Below, piece by piece: positions 18,542-28,885 of a DNA stretch of 64,000 nt. Numbering within the stretch: the stretch's first letter is position 1; each line of letters begins with the position of its first letter. Both the position numbers and the translations under genes were made by a program. This stretch comes from Gemmatimonadota bacterium (GTDB lineage Bacteria > Gemmatimonadota > Gemmatimonadetes > Gemmatimonadales > GWC2-71-9): positions 1,944-65,943 of the forward strand of contig QHVC01000043.1 in assembly GCA_003222205.1 (NCBI GenBank). The letters run 5' to 3'. The notes below the pieces were generated by a model. That model worked only from the letters and a program-made list of their open reading frames with translations, was not told the origin of the DNA and did not search any database.

Positions 18542-20101
18542 CTAGAAGAACACCGGCTCGCGGTAGGCGCCCCAGACCCGCTCCAAGGCGTGGCGGATCT
18601 CGTACAGCGTGCAGTCGGCCCGGGCGCAGTCCAGCATCGCGGGGAGCACGTTCTCGTCGTGCTCAGCGGCGGCCCGCAGCGCCGCCAGCCGCCGCTCGAC
18701 GAGCCCCGCGTCGCGGCGCTGCCGCAGCTGCGCGAGGCGCTGGCGCTGGCTGGCTTCGGCGTCGTTGGAGATCTTGAGAATCTCCACGGGGTGATCGTCT
18801 GCCGTGACGTACTCGTTGACGCCCACGATGACGCGGTCGCCGGCCTCCGCCTGCCGTTGGAACTCCGCCGCCGACCGCGCGATCTGGCGTTGGAACCACC
18901 CGTTCTCGATCCCCTTCACCACACCGCCCCCCGATTGGATCTCCGCGAACAGCGCGTCGGCCTCTCGCTCGAGCTGGTCGGTCAGCGCCTCGACGTAGTA
19001 GGACCCGCCCAGCGGATCGACCACGTCGGCGACGCCGGTTTCGTGCGCGAGGATCTGCTGCGTCCGCAGCGCCACCTGGACGGCCTGCTCAGTCGGCAGC
19101 GCCAGGGTCTCATCCAAAGAATTGGTGTGCAGGGACTGCGTGCCGCCGAGGACCGCGGCGAGCGCTTGATAGGCGACCCGCACGATGTTGTTGTGCGGCT
19201 GCTGGGCGGTCAGGGTCACCCCGGCCGTCTGTGAATGGAAGCGCATCATCCACGACCGTGCATTCTTGGCCCCGTACTTCTCTCTCATGTGCCGCGCCCA
19301 GATGCGGCGCGCCGCGCGCAACTTCGCGATCTCCTCGAAAAAGTCGTTATGGATATCCCAGAAGAAAGACAGCCGCGGCGCGAAACTGTCCACGTCGAGG
19401 CCGCGCGCGATGCCGCGCTCGACGTACGTAAAGCCGTTCGCCAGCGTGAAGGCGAGCTCCTGGGCGGCCGTGGCGCCCGCCTCGCGGATATGGTAGCCGC
19501 TGATCGAGATCGTGTTCCACTGCGGCGTGTGCCGGGGACACCACTCGAACATGTCCACGATGACCTTGAGCGCCGGTTCGACGGGATAGACCCAGGCGTG
19601 CTGGGCCATGTACTCTTTGAGAATGTCGTTCTGGACGGTCCCCCGCAGTTTGGCGACGTCCACCCCCTGCCGCTCCGCCGCGACCACGTAGAAACAGAAG
19701 AGGATCGCCGCCGGTCCGTTGATGGTCATCGACGTCGAGACCTGATCGAGCGGAATGCCGCGAAACAGATCTTCCATGTCCACGGCGCTCGAGATCGCGA
19801 CGCCGCACTTGCCGACCTCGCCCTCGGCGCGGGCGTGGTCGGAGTCGTACCCCATCAGCGTCGGGAAGTCGAACGCCACCGAGAGCCCCGTCTGACCCCG
19901 CTCGAGCAGGAAGTGGTAGCGCTCGTTGGTATCCGCCGCGCTCCCGAAGCCCGAGAACTGCCGCATCGTCCACAGCCGCCCGCGGTGCATCGTCTGATGG
20001 ATGCCGCGGGTGAACGGATACCGGCCCGGCTCACCCAACCGCTCCGCCAGGTCTCCGGTCAGATCCTCGGGGGCATAGACCGGCTTTTTCTCGATGGTCA
20101 T
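18542..20101 (-). CDS. Methylmalonyl-CoA mutase, large (catalytic TIM-barrel) subunit
   Basis: ATG at 20101 overlaps the meaB stop (ATGA). ..YPFTRGI...[16 protein letters not shown].. and ..[15 protein letters not shown].. are diagnostic. Confidence 0.93.
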   Translation of the reverse strand: MTIEKKPVYAPEDLTGDLAERLGEPGRYPFTRGIHQTMHRGRLWTMRQFSGFGSAADTNERYHFLLERGQTGLSVAFDFPTLMGYDSDHARAEGEVGKCGVAISSAVDMEDLFRGIPLDQVSTSMTINGPAAILFCFYVVAAERQGVDVAKLRGTVQNDILKEYMAQHAWVYPVEPALKVIVDMFEWCPRHTPQWNTISISGYHIREAGATAAQELAFTLANGFTYVERGIARGLDVDSFAPRLSFFWDIHNDFFEEIAKLRAARRIWARHMREKYGAKNARSWMMRFHSQTAGVTLTAQQPHNNIVRVAYQALAAVLGGTQSLHTNSLDETLALPTEQAVQVALRTQQILAHETGVADVVDPLGGSYYVEALTDQLEREADALFAEIQSGGGVVKGIENGWFQRQIARSAAEFQRQAEAGDRVIVGVNEYVTADDHPVEILKISNDAEASQRQRLAQLRQRRDAGLVERRLAALRAAAEHDENVLPAMLDCARADCTLYEIRHALERVWGAYREPVFF

Positions 20102-21168
20102 CGGATCGCTCCGCTCCGCAGCTGCTCCAGAATGTCGGCCGCCACGTCGTAGGGGCTGCGCCGTCCCTCGGCCATCTCGGGCAGCTGCTGGGCGAGGAGC
20201 TCCGGTGCCGGAGTCTCCTCCCAGACCCACTGCCGCAGTCCCCGCTCCACTACCGCGCGGGTGCGCTCGGCGAGGCGCTCGCGCCGCCGCGCCACGAGCC
20301 GCCCGCTCGCGTCGAGGAAGGTCCGGTGGCGGTCCAGCGCGACCGCGAGCTCGGCTACGCCCTCGCCGGTCGTGGCGACTGTCGCGAGCACCGGTGGCTC
20401 CCAATGGTCGGACGGTCGGACGGTCGGACGGTCCGACTGAGGGCGCTTACGGTCAGACTGTCCGACCGTCCGACGGTCCGACCGGTGGTGGTGGGCGGGC
20501 AGGTTGCGAAACGCGTTGCCCCGGCGCAGGCCCAGCATCACTTCGATCTCCTGCCGCAGCGTGTCGCCCCCGGGGCGGTCGCTCTTGTTGATCACGAACA
20601 CGTCGGCGATCTCCATCACGCCCGCCTTCAGTGTCTGGATGGCATCGCCGGACTCCGGGACCAGCACGAGCGCGGTGGACTCGGCGCTGCGGGCGATGTC
20701 GAGCTCCGTCTGCCCCACGCCGACCGTTTCGATGAGGATGCGATCGAAACCGAACGCCTCGAGGACGTCGGCCACCTCTTCCGTCGTCGTGGCGAGGCCG
20801 CCGAGGGAGCCGCGGGTCGCCATCGAGCGGATGAACACGCCGGGATCGAGGCTCACCGACTCCATGCGGATGCGGTCGCCGAGCAGCGCGCCACCGGTGA
20901 ACGGGCTCGTCGGGTCCACCGCAATCACCGCGACGCGGAGATCCTGCCCGCGGTAGCGCTGCACGAGGCGCTCGGTGAGGGTGCTCTTCCCCGCTCCCGG
21001 CGGTCCCGTGAGGCCGATGCGACGCGCGCCACGGCGGCCGACGCGGGCGTGCGCGTGGGTGAGCACGTCTTCACAGCCGGCGCGGCGGTTCTCCACGAGG
21101 CTGATGGCCCGGGCCAAGGCGGCGGTGTCGCCGCGATCGAGCGCGTCCACCAGAGCCCGGGTCGTCAT
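20098..21168 (-). CDS. meaB: Methylmalonyl-CoA mutase-associated GTPase MeaB/ArgK, carrying an in-frame repeat-derived insertion
   Basis: P-loop [16 protein letters not shown] and NKSD motifs are present. The segment [31 protein letters not shown] is encoded by the 20407-20482 repeat hairpin. Confidence 0.9.
   Translation of the reverse strand: MTTRALVDALDRGDTAALARAISLVENRRAGCEDVLTHAHARVGRRGARRIGLTGPPGAGKSTLTERLVQRYRGQDLRVAVIAVDPTSPFTGGALLGDRIRMESVSLDPGVFIRSMATRGSLGGLATTTEEVADVLEAFGFDRILIETVGVGQTELDIARSAESTALVLVPESGDAIQTLKAGVMEIADVFVINKSDRPGGDTLRQEIEVMLGLRRGNAFRNLPAHHHRSDRRTVGQSDRKRPQSDRPTVRPSDHWEPPVLATVATTGEGVAELAVALDRHRTFLDASGRLVARRRERLAERTRAVVERGLRQWVWEETPAPELLAQQLPEMAEGRRSPYDVAADILEQLRSGAIR
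20407..20482. repeat. Inverted pair of 8-bp-period arrays (4 + 4 units of GTCSGAC) forming a ~31-bp hairpin
   Basis: The left arm has units at 20407, 20415, 20423 and 20431; the right arm at 20452, 20460, 20468 and 20476; the centre is 14 nt. Base-by-base pairing shows 2 mismatches and 1 G-U. Confidence 0.95.
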
Positions 21169-21187
21169 GCGTGATTACAAGTTATGT

Positions 21188-22384
21188 TCACCGCGCGTCC
21201 TCCGCCCGGTCGAGCACGGTCGCGTTCACGGGCCCGGGTCGCACGGCGACCCGCTCGACGTGCGTCGCGGTGGCAACCAGGACGTCGAACTCGAGCCCGT
21301 GCAGAAGGAACCGCTCGCCCGGACGGGGGATGCGGCCGAGCGTTTGCACGAGCAGGCCGCCCACCGTCTGCGCCCCGCGAGCGGCCGGCACCGTCCCGAA
21401 CGTCTCCACCAACGCGGTCACGGGCGCGTTCCCGCCGAATTCCATGATCCGGGCCGGCGCGCCCCCCGGCGGAGGCGCAGGCGCCTCGAATACCTCCGCC
21501 ACCAGGGCACGCAGCACGTCCTCGAAGCTGACCACTCCTGCGGTGCCGCCGAACTCGTCGAGGACCACGGCGAGGTGGCTGCCGCCCCGCTGCATCGCCA
21601 GCATGACGTCCCCCGTCCGCTGCGTCCCGGGGACGACGTTCACCGGCCGCACCGGCACGGGATCCTCCGGCTGGAGGCGCAGCAGGTCGAAGGTGTGCGC
21701 GACTCCGACGATCTCGTCGAGCGAGCCACGGTACACGGGGTAGCGGCTGTAGCCCGATTGGGAAAAGACGTGGGCCATCTCCGCGGCCGCGAGGCCTTCG
21801 GGGATCGCCACAATCGCCGTGCGCGGCGTCATCAACTCCCGCACAGGGCGGTCGGAGAACGCCAGGACGCCCGACACGACCTCGATCTCGTCGGTGCCGG
21901 CGAGCGCGTCCGTGTCAGCGCTGGAAAGCACGGCGGCGAGCGCCGTCTGCGTCGACGGCTCGCGCCGCGGGATGAACGGCGCCAGCACGTCTCCGGCGCG
22001 CTCCATCCACGGCAACGCCCGGGCGACGATCGCCTCTGCCCAGCGGCGCCCCAGCACGCGCGGGACGAGGTAGGCCGCGTTGACGAACAGGGGGATGATC
22101 ACCGCCACGGTGAACACGCCAAGGAAGGTCGGCGTCGTTTGGGCGAGCAGCGCGGGGACGGCGGCCGCCGCGACCACGACCCCCAGCGTCGTGAGCGCGT
22201 TGGCGGTGGCGAGCACCCGGCCGGGGTGCTCGAGCAGGCGGACGGCTGCCTCCGTGCCGCGCAGCTTGTAATGCACCCAACGCGTGAGCTCCACCTGCGA
22301 CACCGCGGCCGCGGCCACGCCGATCGCTGCCGCGACGCCGGCCAGGCCGAGGCCCAGGAGCAGGACCATCAGGGAGGCGATCAT
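21188..22384 (-). CDS. CNNM/CorC/HlyC-family transporter-associated protein (DUF21 + CBS pair + CorC_HlyC)
   Basis: ATG at 22384 overlaps the upstream stop (ATGA). The protein has an N-terminal TM domain, ..RELMTPRT.., ..VLDEFGGTAGVVSFEDVL.. and a C-terminal transporter-associated domain. Confidence 0.85.
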   Translation of the reverse strand: MIASLMVLLLGLGLAGVAAAIGVAAAAVSQVELTRWVHYKLRGTEAAVRLLEHPGRVLATANALTTLGVVVAAAAVPALLAQTTPTFLGVFTVAVIIPLFVNAAYLVPRVLGRRWAEAIVARALPWMERAGDVLAPFIPRREPSTQTALAAVLSSADTDALAGTDEIEVVSGVLAFSDRPVRELMTPRTAIVAIPEGLAAAEMAHVFSQSGYSRYPVYRGSLDEIVGVAHTFDLLRLQPEDPVPVRPVNVVPGTQRTGDVMLAMQRGGSHLAVVLDEFGGTAGVVSFEDVLRALVAEVFEAPAPPPGGAPARIMEFGGNAPVTALVETFGTVPAARGAQTVGGLLVQTLGRIPRPGERFLLHGLEFDVLVATATHVERVAVRPGPVNATVLDRAEDAR

Positions 22385-23565
22385 ACCTTCTCGAAGACCA
22401 CTCGGGTGACGCGGCGGCGGTCGACCTGGTCCACCACCACCCGGAAACCGTCGAGCTTCAGTTCCTCGCCGGGGCGCGGCACGCGGCCGAGCACCGAATA
22501 GACCAGTCCGCCGACCGTCGAGACATCCGGGTGCTCGAAGCTCTGCCCCAAGGCCAGGGAGAGGTCGCCGAGCGAGGTACGGCCATCCACCCAGAACCGG
22601 TTCCCCTCGTGGCGGATGGCCGGCGCGGCGTCGACGTCGTGCTCGTCGCGGATCTCCCCGACGATCTCCTCGAGGATGTCCTCGAGCGTGATCAGCCCCG
22701 AGGTCCCCCCGAATTCGTCCACGACGATGGCGAGGTGCGCCGGCCCGCGCTGGAAGTCGCGCAGCTGCGCGTCGAGGGTCTTGGATTCGGGCACGAAGGC
22801 CGCGGGCTTCACCAGGTCCTGCCACCGTTGCGGCGCGTCGGGCCCGGGCAGCCCCATGACGAGCAGGACGATGTCCTTCGCGAACAGCACGCCCACGACG
22901 TTGTCGGGCGTGCCGTCGGAGACGGGGAGCCGGGTGTACTCGTGGTGGCGGAACGTCTCGAGCACGGCATCGAGCGGCGCCGCGACGTCAACGGCGACCA
23001 TGTCGAGCCGGGGGGTCATGACTTCGACGACCGTCGCGTCGGCCAGGGTGAAGATCCCCAGCAGCATGTCGCGCTGTGCCACGCCGAGCTCGGGCTGAAG
23101 CGGCTGGCTCGTGGTCACCAGCCCGTGGAGGCCGCGGTCCACCCACGCCAGCAGCATGAGCAACGGGGCGAACGGCATCAGCGTGCGGCGCGCGAGGGGG
23201 AGCGCCGCATCGGCGAGCTCGGGGGCGAGGCGAGCCACGCTGCGCGGCAGCGCGTCACCGACCACGAATAGGAACCCCGCCGCGACGAGCAGGGCGCCCA
23301 GGGCGCCCACCCAGGGCCGCTGCCACCAGCCCAGCGAGTGGGCGGCGGCCACGGCCCCAAGGACGAGCAGCGCGAGCCGCGCGACGTGCAGGGCCCGGTG
23401 GAGGGGGACGTGCCCCCGCACCGCCGGCGGCGGGGCGTCGCCCAGAGTGTGCAGTGCCTCGCCCACAGCCGCTTCCTCCCCGAGGGCGAGCAGGCCGGCC
23501 CACCCGGCGGCCACGACCGCGGCGACGACCCCCATCCACGAGAGCGCGGCGGCACCGAAGCTCAT
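22381..23565 (-). CDS. CNNM/CorC/HlyC-family protein (second tandem paralogue)
   Basis: ATG at 23565 overlaps the ybeY stop (ATGA). ..VVEVMTPRLDMV.., ..VVDEFGGTSGLITLEDILEEIVGEI.DEHD.. are present. Confidence 0.85.
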   Translation of the reverse strand: MSFGAAALSWMGVVAAVVAAGWAGLLALGEEAAVGEALHTLGDAPPPAVRGHVPLHRALHVARLALLVLGAVAAAHSLGWWQRPWVGALGALLVAAGFLFVVGDALPRSVARLAPELADAALPLARRTLMPFAPLLMLLAWVDRGLHGLVTTSQPLQPELGVAQRDMLLGIFTLADATVVEVMTPRLDMVAVDVAAPLDAVLETFRHHEYTRLPVSDGTPDNVVGVLFAKDIVLLVMGLPGPDAPQRWQDLVKPAAFVPESKTLDAQLRDFQRGPAHLAIVVDEFGGTSGLITLEDILEEIVGEIRDEHDVDAAPAIRHEGNRFWVDGRTSLGDLSLALGQSFEHPDVSTVGGLVYSVLGRVPRPGEELKLDGFRVVVDQVDRRRVTRVVFEKV

Positions 23566-24020
23566 CGCCCGCCCGCGGTGAGCCGGCGCACATAGCGCTC
23601 CTGCCGCCGCCACATGGTCGAGCGCGTCCGCCCCCGCCCCTCCGGGTGGTCGTAGCCGAGGACGTGGAGCGTGCCGTGAACCATGAGACGGATCAGTTCG
23701 CTGCGGAGGTCGTCGGTGGTCGGTGTGCCGTTGTCGGTCGTCGTCAGCCAACCCTCGGCCACAGTGGGGCAAATGCAGACCTCCCCGACGATCGAGCCGT
23801 CGGGCTGCGGCAGGGCGAATGCCATGACGTCGGTCAGCCCACGCCGGCCGGTGGCGCGGCGGTTCAGGCGCTGCATCGCGGGCGCCCCGAGCAGGGTCAG
23901 CTCCACGCGCACGTCCCGCGCGCCCTCCCAGGCGAGCACTCGACGCGCCACGCGCAGCAACGTGCGCTCAGAGACCCGACGCCTGCGGGGCCGGCTGCCA
24001 GTCCTTGCTGATGCCGCCAC
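23562..24020 (-). CDS. ybeY: Endoribonuclease YbeY (rRNA maturation)
   Basis: ..TDVMAF.. and the zinc motif HGTLHVLGYDH are present. The start is uncertain: ATG at 24020 overlaps pgpH by 53 nt, while TTG at 23960 lies 7 nt after the pgpH stop. Confidence 0.85.
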   Translation of the reverse strand: MAASARTGSRPRRRRVSERTLLRVARRVLAWEGARDVRVELTLLGAPAMQRLNRRATGRRGLTDVMAFALPQPDGSIVGEVCICPTVAEGWLTTTDNGTPTTDDLRSELIRLMVHGTLHVLGYDHPEGRGRTRSTMWRRQERYVRRLTAGGR

Positions 24021-26172
24021 TGGACTCGGGGTAGTCGATGCGGTTGTGGTACATGCCGGACAGGACGCGGATGAATTCCGCCTTCACCACGTCGATCTGC
24101 TGCAACGTGAGCGGCGCCTCATCGAGCTGGCCGGAGCTGAGCTTGGTTCGTACGATGTGATTGATCGCTTCCTCGATCTTCTGGGGTGTGAGATCCTCGA
24201 GCACGCGCAGCGCGGCCTCGACCGAATCGGCCAGCATCGCGACGGCGGTCTCGACCGAGCGCGGCCGCGGACCGGGGTAGCGATAGTCTTCCCGGCGCGC
24301 GGCCCCGTCACCCTGCTTCTTGGCGCGGTCGTAGAAATAGGTGATCTCGCTGGTGCCATGATGCTCCGGGATGAACGCGGCCACGACCGCGGGGAGGCCT
24401 CCCTCCTCGGCAAGGGCGAGCCCGTCGGTCACGTGGCGCTTGATGATCTCCGCCGACTGCGCCGGCGCAATCTTGTCATGCGGGTTGCCGCCGCGCGTCT
24501 GGTTTTCGACGAAATACAGCGGGTTGCTGAGTTTCCCGACGTCGTGGTAGTAGCAGCCCACGCGGCCCAGCAGGCCGTTCGCCCCGATACGGTTGCACGC
24601 CGATTCGACGAGGTTCGCCATCGCCACGCTGTGGGCGTACGTCCCCGGCGCCTCGAGCGACAGGCGTCGCAGTAGCGGTCGGCTCGGATCGGACAGCTCG
24701 AGCAGGGTCAGGTCCGTCGTGACGTGGGTGAACGCCTCCGCGAGCGGGAGCAGCAGGATCGTGAGCGCGCCGCTCACCAGCCCGTTGGCAATCCCGAACA
24801 CCGAGGTCCAGCCGATCTCCCCGATGCGCCAACTGCCGGCGAGCCCCAGCGCGATGGCGCCCGCGAGGTACCCCGCTCCGACGATCAGCACGGCCGTGTA
24901 GAGATGGCTGCGCCGCCGCAGCGAGCGCACCGACAGCGCGGCGGTGACGCCGCCCAGCAGGCACAGAAACAGCGCCGGGCTATCGTGAAACACCGGCTGG
25001 GTGCCGATCACCGCCGAGACGATCATCGCCCCGATCATCGAGACCCGGCCGTTGAACAGGACGGTGAGCATCATCGCCTGGAACGGCAGCGGGATCAGCT
25101 CGGGATGGCCGGGCCGCGTGTGGGCGACGGCGGCGGCGCCGAGCAGCGTCGCAGCGAACAACAGAGCGACGAGCGCCACTTGGCGCTGTTCGCGGTAGGT
25201 CTCGCGCCGGTAGAACACCATCAACACCCAGAACACGCCGAGCATCAACGCGTCGCGGAGCATCGGCCCCACGACGCCGCCGAACGACGTGCTCGTCGCG
25301 GCGCCGCGGCGCACCAGCTCGTTGTGCAGCGCCTGCAGCTTCTCGTGCGCGGGCCCCGAGATGATCTCTCCCGCCGAGGCAAGCCGGTCCCCCTGGCGCA
25401 CCACGTACTTGCTCGGGTCCACGCTGCCCATCAGCTCGCTGCGCCGCCGCCGCGTTTCCGCCTCGTTCGGCACGAGCGTCGCGCGGAAGAAGCGCCGCAC
25501 GAGCTTCAGGTACACCACGTCGCCCACGCTCGACCCCGGATCGGGGTGCACCGCCCGCGAGCGCAGCAGGTACTCGTTGTAGCTCAGCACCTGGTCGCGA
25601 GCGACGGGCTGCTCCGAAGCCCCGCGCCGCACGATCAGCTGAGTCGAAGTCTCGGCCTGCAGCACCCCCGACCCGGTCACGCCCTGGGCCAGGGTCTGCG
25701 CGAACAGGTCGGTGAGCGCGCGCTCGAGGTTGCGGCGCTTGCCGCCCTTCTGGAGGTAGCCGGCTTCGGCGAGCGACAGGGGGAGACCGGCGCGGCGCCC
25801 CACGCGGATGATGGCCTGCGGCCCCTGGCCGACGGAGTCGCTGAGCGTCTGGAAGAACGCGTGCAGCTCGGCCGTCGTGCTGTCGTAGACCCGCTGCTGA
25901 AACTGATAGAGCGGCTTGGCGCTGGCGGCGAGATCCTCCGCCTCGCGCGCCAGCTCCTCGTCGGTCTTGGTCACGACGAAGTCGAACGGCGCGACGACGT
26001 CGCGCCCGGCCTTCGCTCCCGGCTCGAGCAGCGGCCCGAGGTCGGTGGCGCTCGAGGGGAACGCCAGATACGCGAGCACCGCGAGGCCGACCACCCACGC
26101 CCAGCGCGTCCCGTGGTAGCGCACTTCGTCCCAGCTCGGTCGTCTCATCTCAGCCTTGAGCATCCTCGGCAT
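23968..26172 (-). CDS. pgpH: 7TM-receptor HD-domain phosphohydrolase (PgpH/YqfF-like)
   Basis: Extracellular N-domain, 7 TM helices, then an HD domain (..YAHSVAMANL..YYHDVGK..). An alternative ATG at 26148 lies 1 nt after the phoH stop. Confidence 0.85.
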   Translation of the reverse strand: MPRMLKAEMRRPSWDEVRYHGTRWAWVVGLAVLAYLAFPSSATDLGPLLEPGAKAGRDVVAPFDFVVTKTDEELAREAEDLAASAKPLYQFQQRVYDSTTAELHAFFQTLSDSVGQGPQAIIRVGRRAGLPLSLAEAGYLQKGGKRRNLERALTDLFAQTLAQGVTGSGVLQAETSTQLIVRRGASEQPVARDQVLSYNEYLLRSRAVHPDPGSSVGDVVYLKLVRRFFRATLVPNEAETRRRRSELMGSVDPSKYVVRQGDRLASAGEIISGPAHEKLQALHNELVRRGAATSTSFGGVVGPMLRDALMLGVFWVLMVFYRRETYREQRQVALVALLFAATLLGAAAVAHTRPGHPELIPLPFQAMMLTVLFNGRVSMIGAMIVSAVIGTQPVFHDSPALFLCLLGGVTAALSVRSLRRRSHLYTAVLIVGAGYLAGAIALGLAGSWRIGEIGWTSVFGIANGLVSGALTILLLPLAEAFTHVTTDLTLLELSDPSRPLLRRLSLEAPGTYAHSVAMANLVESACNRIGANGLLGRVGCYYHDVGKLSNPLYFVENQTRGGNPHDKIAPAQSAEIIKRHVTDGLALAEEGGLPAVVAAFIPEHHGTSEITYFYDRAKKQGDGAARREDYRYPGPRPRSVETAVAMLADSVEAALRVLEDLTPQKIEEAINHIVRTKLSSGQLDEAPLTLQQIDVVKAEFIRVLSGMYHNRIDYPESSGGISKDWQPAPQASGL

Positions 26173-27109
26173 ACGCGCGGATGATGTCCCGCACCAGCCG
26201 GTGACGGACCACGTCCGTTTCCGTGAGATAGCAGAAGCCGATGCCGTCGATGCCTGGGAGGATCCGCTCGATCTGGAGCAATCCCGAGTCCTCGCGGTTG
26301 GCCAGATCGATTTGCGTCTTGTCGCCCGTGATCACGGCCCGCGAGTTCACGCCGAGCCGCGTCAGGAACATCTTCATCTGCATCCCTGTCGCGTTCTGCG
26401 CTTCATCGAGAATCACGAACGCGTCGGCCAGCGTCCGGCCACGCATGTACGCGAGTGGAGCGATCTCGATGGTGCGCGATTCGATCGCCTTCTGCACACG
26501 GTCGCGCGGCATCATGTCCTCGAGCGCGTCATACAGCGGCCGCAGGTATGGGTCCACCTTCTCGTGCAGGTCGCCGGGGAGAAAGCCCAGGCTCTCCCCC
26601 GCCTCGACGGCCGGCCGCGCGAGCACGATGCGCCGTACCCGCTTGCGCGCCAGCGCGTCGACCGCCGCCGCCACCGCGAGATACGTCTTCCCCGTGCCCG
26701 CCGGCCCAATCCCGACGACGATGTCGTTCTGCGTGATGAGCTGCAGGTAATCCCGCTGCCCCGCGCTCTTGGGGCCGATGACGCGCCGCAGGCCGGGGAG
26801 GATGATCTTCAGCTCCTGCTGCGCCGCCTCGCCGCTCAGCGTGCTGCTCGAGCCCTCGAGCGCGAGGCGCTCTACGTCATGGATATCCAGCTCCTCGCCC
26901 ATGCGCGCCAGGTCCACCATCGCCTGCGCCACCGGCGAGGCGCGCTCGACGGCCGCCGCCGGTCCCTGCAGCGTGAGGCTGTCCCCCCGGAGCGACACGC
27001 GCACCCCCATCCGCTTCGTCAGCTCGATGAGGTTGGCGTCGTTCACGCCGGCGAGCGCCAGCGGATCCACCCCCTCGACCGTCAGGCGCTGGGTGACGTC
27101 GTCGCTCAT
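26150..27109 (-). CDS. phoH: PhoH-like ATPase
   Basis: ATG at 27109 overlaps the aspS stop (ATGA). Walker A GPAGTGKTYLA is present, plus ..ILDEAQN.. and ..VITGD.TQIDL.. Confidence 0.92.
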   Translation of the reverse strand: MSDDVTQRLTVEGVDPLALAGVNDANLIELTKRMGVRVSLRGDSLTLQGPAAAVERASPVAQAMVDLARMGEELDIHDVERLALEGSSSTLSGEAAQQELKIILPGLRRVIGPKSAGQRDYLQLITQNDIVVGIGPAGTGKTYLAVAAAVDALARKRVRRIVLARPAVEAGESLGFLPGDLHEKVDPYLRPLYDALEDMMPRDRVQKAIESRTIEIAPLAYMRGRTLADAFVILDEAQNATGMQMKMFLTRLGVNSRAVITGDKTQIDLANREDSGLLQIERILPGIDGIGFCYLTETDVVRHRLVRDIIRAYAEDAQG

Positions 27110-28878
27110 GGCACCACCTTGAGGTGGAGGGTCGCCAGGTCCTCGGCCCGAGCGGCGGCCGGGGCGCCCTCGAACAGGGCCCGGGCGGCGGTCGTCTTGG
27201 GGAACGCGATCACGTCGCGCAGCGAGCCGGCCCCCGCCGCCAACATCACCACACGGTCGAAGCCGATGGCGAACCCGCCGTGCGGCGGCGCGCCGGCGGC
27301 GAGCCCCTGCAACAGGAACCCGAACCGCTCCCCGATCTCCTGGTCCGTGAGGCCCAGGTGGCGGAACACCGTTCGCTGCACGGAAGCGTCGGTGATGCGG
27401 ATCGATCCGGAGCCGAGCTCGTTGCCGTTGTAAACCGCGTCGTAATGCAACGCCCGACAGGCGAACGGGTCGCTCTCCAGCTTCGCCACGTCGTCGGGAT
27501 GCGGCGCGGTAAACGGGTGATGGGCGAAGACCGGCTTCCCCGTTTCCGCGTCGGGCTCGAACAATGGAAAGTCCATCACCCAGCAGAACGCGTGGGCCGT
27601 CGCAGGAGCTGGCGCAACGCGCCGGATGACCTCCTGGCGCAGCCGGTCCAGGACGGGTGAGGTCACGCGGTCGGGGCCGATCGTCATCAGCGCGACATCG
27701 CCGTCGCCCACGCCCAGCCGACCCAGCGTCTCCGCCGTGAAGTGCTTGGCTACCGAGCCGGAAAGCTGATCGCCTTGGCGTTTGACCCACGCGAGCCCTG
27801 AGCCCCCCAGCTGCTTCGCCGCTTCGGCAAGCTGATCGACGTCCTTGCGGGACAGCGCGCTCCCGCCCCGCACGGGGATCCCGCGCACGCGCGCCCCGTT
27901 CTGGCCTGCGGTCTGGAAGAAGGGGACCGCCAGCGGCGCCACGGCCGCGGTCCAGTCCGCGATGACCAGGTCGTAGCGCAGATCGGGCTTGTCGGTGCCG
28001 AAGCGCTCCATCGCGTCCCGCCAGCGCAGCCGCGGAAACGGCCGCGTCACCGCGTGCCCCGCTTCGTCCCAGAGCGCGACGAGGACCGCTTCGACATACG
28101 CCAGCACGTCGTCCGACCCGACGAACGACGCTTCGAGATCGATCTGCGAGAACTCCGGCTGCCGATCGTTGCGGAGATCCTCGTCGCGGAAGCACCGCGC
28201 GATCTGGAAGTAGCGGTCGAACCCCGCGACCATCAACAGCTGCTTGTAGATCTGCGGGGACTGCGGCAGCGCGTAGAACTCCCCCGCGTGCACGCGCGAC
28301 GGCACCAGATAGTCCCGGGCCCCTTCGGGCGTCGGCTTGGTGAGGATCGGCGTCTCGATTTCGAGGAACTCCAGCTCGGAGAGCGTGCGGCGCGCCCGCT
28401 GCAACAACCGGTGCCGCAGCATCAAGTACGCCTGCAGCTCGGGCCGCCGCAGATCGAGGTGGCGCTGCTTGAGCCGCAGCTCCTCGGCCGGAAGCTCTTC
28501 GTTCTTGGCGCGCGCGACGGGGATCGCGGGCGTTGTGGCCGCCCCGACGACCTCCAGGCGCGTCGCGTGCACCTCCACGTCCCCCGTCGCCAGCTCGGCG
28601 TTCTTCATGTTCGCCGGCCGCAGCACTACCTCCCCTTCCACGACGACCACCGTTTCCGCGCCGAGGGATCCGGCGCGCGCCAGCACGTCCGGCGGCGCCC
28701 AGGCCGGGCCCAGCGCGACCTGCACGATCCCGTCGCGGTCGCGCAGATCGAGAAACACGATCCCCCCGAGGTCGCGGCGGCGGTGCACCCATCCCCCCAG
28801 GCGCACCCGGGCTCCCACGTGCTCCTTGCGCAACGCGCCGCAACGGTGCGTGCGCTGGCTTGTCTGACTCGCGCTCAC
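27106..28878 (-). CDS. aspS: Aspartate--tRNA ligase
   Basis: ..THRCGALR..HVG..V.L.GWVHRRRDLGGIVFLDLRDRDGIVQV.. and class II motifs (..FRDEDLR.., ..GGSGLA..). GTG at 28878 lies 7 nt after the ptsN stop; ATG at 28926 is the alternative start. Confidence 0.92.
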   Translation of the reverse strand: MSASQTSQRTHRCGALRKEHVGARVRLGGWVHRRRDLGGIVFLDLRDRDGIVQVALGPAWAPPDVLARAGSLGAETVVVVEGEVVLRPANMKNAELATGDVEVHATRLEVVGAATTPAIPVARAKNEELPAEELRLKQRHLDLRRPELQAYLMLRHRLLQRARRTLSELEFLEIETPILTKPTPEGARDYLVPSRVHAGEFYALPQSPQIYKQLLMVAGFDRYFQIARCFRDEDLRNDRQPEFSQIDLEASFVGSDDVLAYVEAVLVALWDEAGHAVTRPFPRLRWRDAMERFGTDKPDLRYDLVIADWTAAVAPLAVPFFQTAGQNGARVRGIPVRGGSALSRKDVDQLAEAAKQLGGSGLAWVKRQGDQLSGSVAKHFTAETLGRLGVGDGDVALMTIGPDRVTSPVLDRLRQEVIRRVAPAPATAHAFCWVMDFPLFEPDAETGKPVFAHHPFTAPHPDDVAKLESDPFACRALHYDAVYNGNELGSGSIRITDASVQRTVFRHLGLTDQEIGERFGFLLQGLAAGAPPHGGFAIGFDRVVMLAAGAGSLRDVIAFPKTTAARALFEGAPAAARAEDLATLHLKVVP

Positions 28879-28885
28879 CTCGATG

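Noticed and set aside
20407-20482. CRISPR array or CRISPR remnant
   Set aside because: The units are only 8 bp, directly abutting with no spacers. No cas genes are present. The structure is an inverted pair inside an ORF.
26150-28843. 897-aa ORF suggesting a giant PhoH fusion, and the 18542..20404 and 21188..22825 N-terminal extensions
   Set aside because: The extensions are Arg/Gly/Ala-rich shadow sequence overlapping the upstream gene in another frame. The conserved proteins begin at internal starts that overlap the upstream stop codons.
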